Shown: positions 59,138 to 64,000 of the stretch, piece after piece
How positions within the stretch are numbered: the first letter of the stretch is position 1
Layout: each line of letters begins with the position of its first letter
Source of the DNA: Octopus vulgaris
Taxonomy: Eukaryota
Direction of reading: 5' to 3'
NCBI GenBank assembly: GCA_951406725.2
Contig: OX597820.1
Coordinates: forward strand, 118,110,001-118,174,000
Length of the DNA: 64,000 nucleotides
Notes under the pieces: generated by a model
The model's database searches: none
Told to the model about the DNA's origin: nothing
The model's input: only the letters and a program-made list of their open reading frames with translations
Program-made: the position numbers and the translations under genes

Positions 59138-59790
59138 TATACATTTCTAGGAAACTCCCTCTTTCCCAGTCCTCGGACTTTTCAAGGATGTCCTTCCTGC
59201 CCTTCCTCTCCTTTCTCCCTCTCCATGGACATTTACAGGAAGTCCCTATCTTCCCCTCCTTTCCCAGTCCTCAGACTTTTCAAGTATGTCCTTTCTCTCC
59301 TTCCTCCCCTTTCTCCCCTCCATGGACTTTTCCAAGAAGTCCTTTCTCTCCTTCCTTCCCGTTACCCTCACCCGTTACCCTCACTTTTCCAAGAAGTCCC
59401 CATCATGCTCCTCGGACTTTTCTAGGAATTCCTTCCCCCCCTTCCTCCCGTGCTTGAACTTTTCCTGGAAATTCCCCTCTCACCTCCTCGGACTTTTCCA
59501 GGATTACCTTTCTCCTTTTCCTCTCCCTTAACTCTCCATTCCTTGGACTTTTCCAGGAAATCCCCATCATCCTTCTACCTTTCTCCCCGCTCCTCAACCC
59601 TCTCCTTGGACATATCCAGGAAGTCCCCATCCTCACCCTGGAATTTTCTAGGAAGTTCTTCCTTTCTATCCTCCCCTCATCCCCCTCGGACTTTCCCACG
59701 AAGTCCTTCCTACCCTACTTTCATCTCAACTCCCCTCCTTCGAATCTTCCAGGAAGTTCCCTCTTTCCCCTTCCACGGACTTTTCCAGTT
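59138..59790. repeat. Array of ~15 quasi-palindromic GGACTTTTCCAGGAAGTCC motifs with variable CT-rich spacers
   Basis: Motif variants at ~59176, 59227, 59274, 59323, 59414, 59490, 59545, 59608, 59640, 59688, 59777 and others. Confidence 0.8.
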
Positions 59791-59829
59791 AAACAAAACA
59801 CTGTTGGCATACCCTCACTGATTCTATCA

Positions 59830-60290
59830 AGGTCACCATTTAAGGAATCAGGGCAGATTTTGTTTGTGGTGTCTCTGCTACGTGTGGATGATGTTTGGTT
59901 ATGGAAATTAGGCAGGAATGAAGGGCGTTTGCATAAGAAAAGGAGTCGGTAAGGTAGTTACTGATGTATTGAATGAAGAGAATGAGGGAGATAAAATTAT
60001 CCTTGTGGAACACTAGGGGGTTGATTGGGAGTGAGAGAGAAAGTGTCCCGTCGCGATCTGATAGGAAGCTACCAATTCAAGAGATTAGAGATGAAATATG
60101 AGTAAAGTCCGTAGACGGGAAGCTTTGATTGAAGATCGGAATGGTAAACACTGTCGAAAGCAATGGTGATGTGGAGAGCAACAATATTGTACTCACCGCA
60201 CTTCTCGAAAGCGGCAGCCCTCTGCTGGCGGAAGCTGTATTGGGGCTCACAGGGGAGAGATCAGATCCAAGGGGTTGCTGATTTGTGGCG
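59830..60290 (-). pseudogene. LINE (Jockey/CR1-type) reverse transcriptase fragment
   Basis: AFDSVYHSDLQSKLPVYGLY...IGSFLSDR...SYANA, a decayed KAFD..H..L..KL / SFLS.R / YADD series. Confidence 0.6.
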
Positions 60291-60292
60291 TT

Positions 60293-60655
60293 ACACATGG
60301 TTCCGGGTTCTGTCCCACTACCTGGTATCTTGGGGAAGTGTCTTCTACTATAGCCTCGGGCCTGGCCAAATCCTCGCGAGTGGATTTGGTGGGTGGAAAC
60401 TGAAAGAATCTCGTCGTTTATATATATATACCTGTGTGGGTGTGTTTGTCTCCATCGCTTCACAACCAGTGATTGTGTGTTTATGTCCCCATAACTTAGC
60501 GGTTTGGCAAAAGCGGCCGATAGAATAAGTACCTAGCTTAAATCACAAAGTAAGTGTCGGGGTCGATTCATCCGACTAAAAATTCTGTAAGGCGGTGCTG
60601 CCCCAGCATGGACGCAGTCTAATGCCTGAAACAAGTAAAAGACAAGAGATAAGAG
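60293..60655 (+). mobile_element. Older SINE family B copy
   Basis: Family B homology. Confidence 0.8.
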
Positions 60656-61058
60656 ATATTCGAAGTTTGAAACGTGGAAGTTTGAATCTCCGTTCAAATT
60701 GTGTCCCCGCTCGTCCTCTTGTCGAATCGGCAGACACAGAAACAACATGTCCCCTCGCAGCTGCCCTTTAAATTCTACGGTCACTTTGTTATTTTAACCA
60801 GCATCAAATACTGTTTAACCCATTCAAGTCATTTGATAAAAGGCATTGTTTCACTGGATAATGCAAACTTAGATGAATAAGAAAGGATGGCCACGGTTGG
60901 AACAAATTTGATGACAGGCCTACTCAACACCGTCTGATACAGTTAAACAACAACGCATACCTTTTCCTATGTAAAGTAAGTTAAATAAATTCGTTGACAT
61001 TGCTGTTCTCGAGTCCAAAGACTCATAGGACCACTTGCACGGCTCCCATGGTATGAGT

Positions 61059-62080
61059 CAGTGGTTCCCAAACTTTTTTTCTCTGGGTCGCATTTTCGGA
61101 ATGAAAATTTGCTCTCGCTTCACCAAATTTTATGTGATAAAAATTTGATTAAAAATAAAAAACAACGACTAATTGTGCGTTAAATACAATATTTAACACA
61201 AATAACGGATCTTTTCGGTTTGAACGGCAGTTTTTAACATAATTTCTAGGTAACTAAAATATTTTAAACTTCGTATACTGGTAGAATGTGTTTATAAAGC
61301 ATCTTTTTCTCTTAGCTTTATTGAGAAAATTCTATAGTTTCTAAGATATTTGTTGTTTTTTTTCTTCAATTTCTGCAATTTCAACCAATCGATGACGTCC
61401 ATTGAGTTAAAAAGCATTCTGTACCGTATGAATATGTCCCTCGTTTAAGAAACAGATTGGGTTTATTTATATTTGTGAAGAAAAAAAGCTACCTTTCCCC
61501 CACCCCTAACCATAACTGACCCTAACTAACCCTAACTAATCCTAAATCTAAAATAGATTGAAATGCAATAGATCGATTCTAGGGTCATAACTATGGGTGA
61601 CAATTTCATATGATACCGCTAGAAAAAACTGCCGTTCAAACCGAAAAGATCCCAAATAACTTATACGATTACAGAACACAAATTTGAAGCAAGGTATGGG
61701 CTTTTTTTGACGAGTAATCCCTTTTATATTCGGCCTAATTTGAGATCAGCAAATTCTCATCTCATCAACACAAAGAAGCCTTTGCATTCTTTTTGGTTTT
61801 CGAAATTTGTCAGAACTGAAAATTCTTATTCACAGCAATATGTCGTGGAGAACTGTAGAAGAATGGATAATACTTCTGAAGAGACACATGGATATGGTTT
61901 CTGGTTCTTTATCCAAAAAAGGTTCAATGATATCTAAAATTTTGAAACCATATTTATTTTTGGCACACGAATCTTTTGAAACTGTTTCTGAACCTTTGAT
62001 TGTCTTTCAATCAATCCGCCTCACCTGCTATCCTCTTCCGCCGCCCATACGAGGCGCGCCGCACCGTTTGGGAGCCACTG
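61059..62080 (-). mobile_element. Internally deleted hAT (Charlie/Buster-type) transposon
   Basis: TIRs CAGTGGTTCCCAAAC / GTTTGGGAGCCACTG; TSD-like GTATGAGT/GTATAAGG; minus strand FWIKNQKPYP...LLQFSTTYCCE*EFS dimerisation motif. Confidence 0.85.
61207..61652. mobile_element. Nested MITE with ~29-bp TIRs, 8-bp TSD and internal CCTAAC repeats
   Basis: GGATCTTTTCGGTTTGAACGGCAGTTTTT and its reverse complement; TSD CAAATAAC at 61199-61206 and 61653-61660. Confidence 0.9.
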
Positions 62081-62094
62081 GTATAAGGGATCAA

Positions 62095-62270
62095 TATCAC
62101 AACATTTCCCCACTCGCTGAACAGCATATCAGGCTTATCCACTTGCAGCTGGACTGGAAAAACCTAAAGTAAGTGTTTAGCTCGAGAGTAGCACATCGCT
62201 CGGTCCGGGAATCGAACCGACTATCTTGTAATCGTGAGTGTAACAGCACCCTAACCACTAGGCCACGCAT
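62095..62270 (-). mobile_element. SINE family C-type 5' part
   Basis: Minus strand gcgtggcctagtggttaggg A-box and ggttcgattccc B-box. Confidence 0.7.
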
Positions 62271-63177
62271 TTTCCTTTTGCTATGACAAAAGACAAATTC
62301 AGACAAGTTCAACATGGAGGAACTAAATATCTTAGAAAGTAGGACAAGCCACGGCAGTGCTCCAGCATGGGTGCTAATGACTGAAACAAGTAAAAGATAA
62401 AAGATAAACCGGTGCAACGCACAAACATAGCCTTGCCCAGTGGATATGGCAAGAATTTTCTTGCTTCTCTCTCCATTTCTTCAATTCCAGTGCCAAATAT
62501 ATTTTCCAAGATTTCCAAACCAAATAAGACCATTCCTTAATAAACGGCTGCCACCTCATTTCGCGCTTTCCTTCTTTCTTATTCTACTTTTTTTCTACTT
62601 TCCATTTTCCTACTCTTCTTTCTTTCTTTCTTTCTTTCTTTCCCCCTTCTATTTCATGTTTCCTTGACCATCCCTACCTCCTCCTCCTCCTCCTCCTCCT
62701 CTTCGCAATCATCATCATCATTGTCGCTGTCCTCGTCGTCGTCATCACCCCCTTCATCACCAACATCATCATCATCATCATCATCACGATCATATGATCA
62801 TTTTCATCATCATCATTTCCAGCATCATCGTCAACACCATCATCATATTCTCAGTCATCATCATTACCACCACTACTACCACGACCATGCTCTCCTCCTC
62901 CTCCTCCTCCTCCTCCTCCTCCTCCTCTTCCACCTTCTCATCATCTCAGTCCACGATGAAATTTTACACACTCTAAAACATTGTCCACAATCCCGAAAAT
63001 TATATCTCACTGGGTTGTTGTTGTTGCTGTTGGTGTAGGTGGTGTTTGTGATGACTGTCATGGTAACGGTGGTTGCATCTAGGGGTGTGACAGGGGGTAG
63101 AGTGGTGGGGTGGTGGTGGTGGTGGTGCTGCTGCTGTTCCTATGCACGCAATATATTGACACGCACGCACGCACACA

Positions 63178-63528
63178 ACGATGACAATGAGAAATACGAC
63201 GATGATGACGATGACGGCGACGATCATGATGATACGTCGGTGATGACGATGAGAACGACTACCAAGACGACGATGACGACGACGATGATGAAGAGGATGA
63301 GAATGATGATGATGATGATGATGGTGATGACGATGGTGATGATAATGATGGTGATGGTGATGATGATGATGATGATGATGATGATGGTGATGGTGATGAT
63401 GATGATGATGATGATGATGTTGATGATGGTGATGATGATGATGATGATGATGGTGATGGTGATGATGATGATGATGATGATGTTGATGATGGTGGTGATG
63501 ATGATGATCTTGATGATGATGGTGATGG

Positions 63529-63560
<32 letters not shown>

Positions 63561-63812
63561 GTGAAAGTGATGATGATGATGATAATGGTGATGGTGATGA
63601 TGATGATGATGATGGTGATGGTGATGATGATGATGATGATGTTGATGGTGATGGTGATGATGATGATGATGATGATGATGGTGGTGATGGTGATGATCGT
63701 GATGATGATGACGATCGTGATGATGATGATGATGATGATGATGATGAGGATGATGATGATGAAGATGATGATGATATTGATTATGATGATGATTATGATA
63801 ATGATGATGACG
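63178..63812. repeat. (GAT)n/(GGT) microsatellite
   Basis: Directly visible. Confidence 0.97.
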
Positions 63813-63919
63813 AGAAAATGAATGCTGAACGACAGGCAAAGGAACATGGACGGATGGACTGCAAAATAAGAAGAAATTAAATGCAAGATATGAACAGAAG
63901 ACAGACAGAAAAATAGAAA

Positions 63920-64000
<81 letters not shown>

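Noticed and set aside
59138-59790. CRISPR array
   Set aside because: Repeats are degenerate, spacers are low-complexity and variable, no cas genes or leader.

Overview
AT-rich eukaryotic non-coding DNA, very probably an octopus/coleoid cephalopod intron or intergenic region. This is inferred from the tRNA-derived SINE families and the extreme (TA)n/(TATG)n/(AAT)n load. No intact host protein-coding exon can be supported; almost all supplied ORFs are microsatellite or SINE read-throughs. The window is a mosaic of at least three modular SINE groups, decayed LINE ends (R4/Dong, CR1/Jockey-type, RTE, Tx1-like), Tc1, hAT and Helitron relics, a 70-bp minisatellite and a palindromic-motif array. The main hidden signal is a dense Penelope-like-element (PLE) / hammerhead-ribozyme (HHR) system. 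About 20 type I HHR motifs (intact, variant or decayed) occur in several unrelated short non-coding families, mostly with self-complementary stem III, inserted in (TA)n/(AAT)n tracts as inverted or partial-tandem structures, next to PLE RT and GIY-YIG remnants. Highlights are a tRNA-headed, HHR-carrying SINE-like unit inserted as a head-to-head dimer with a 12-bp TSD (22237-22921), a circularly permuted double-HHR unit (43435-43997) and a recurrent CCGANGA core variant. All structures were read by eye, not computed, and family boundaries are approximate.
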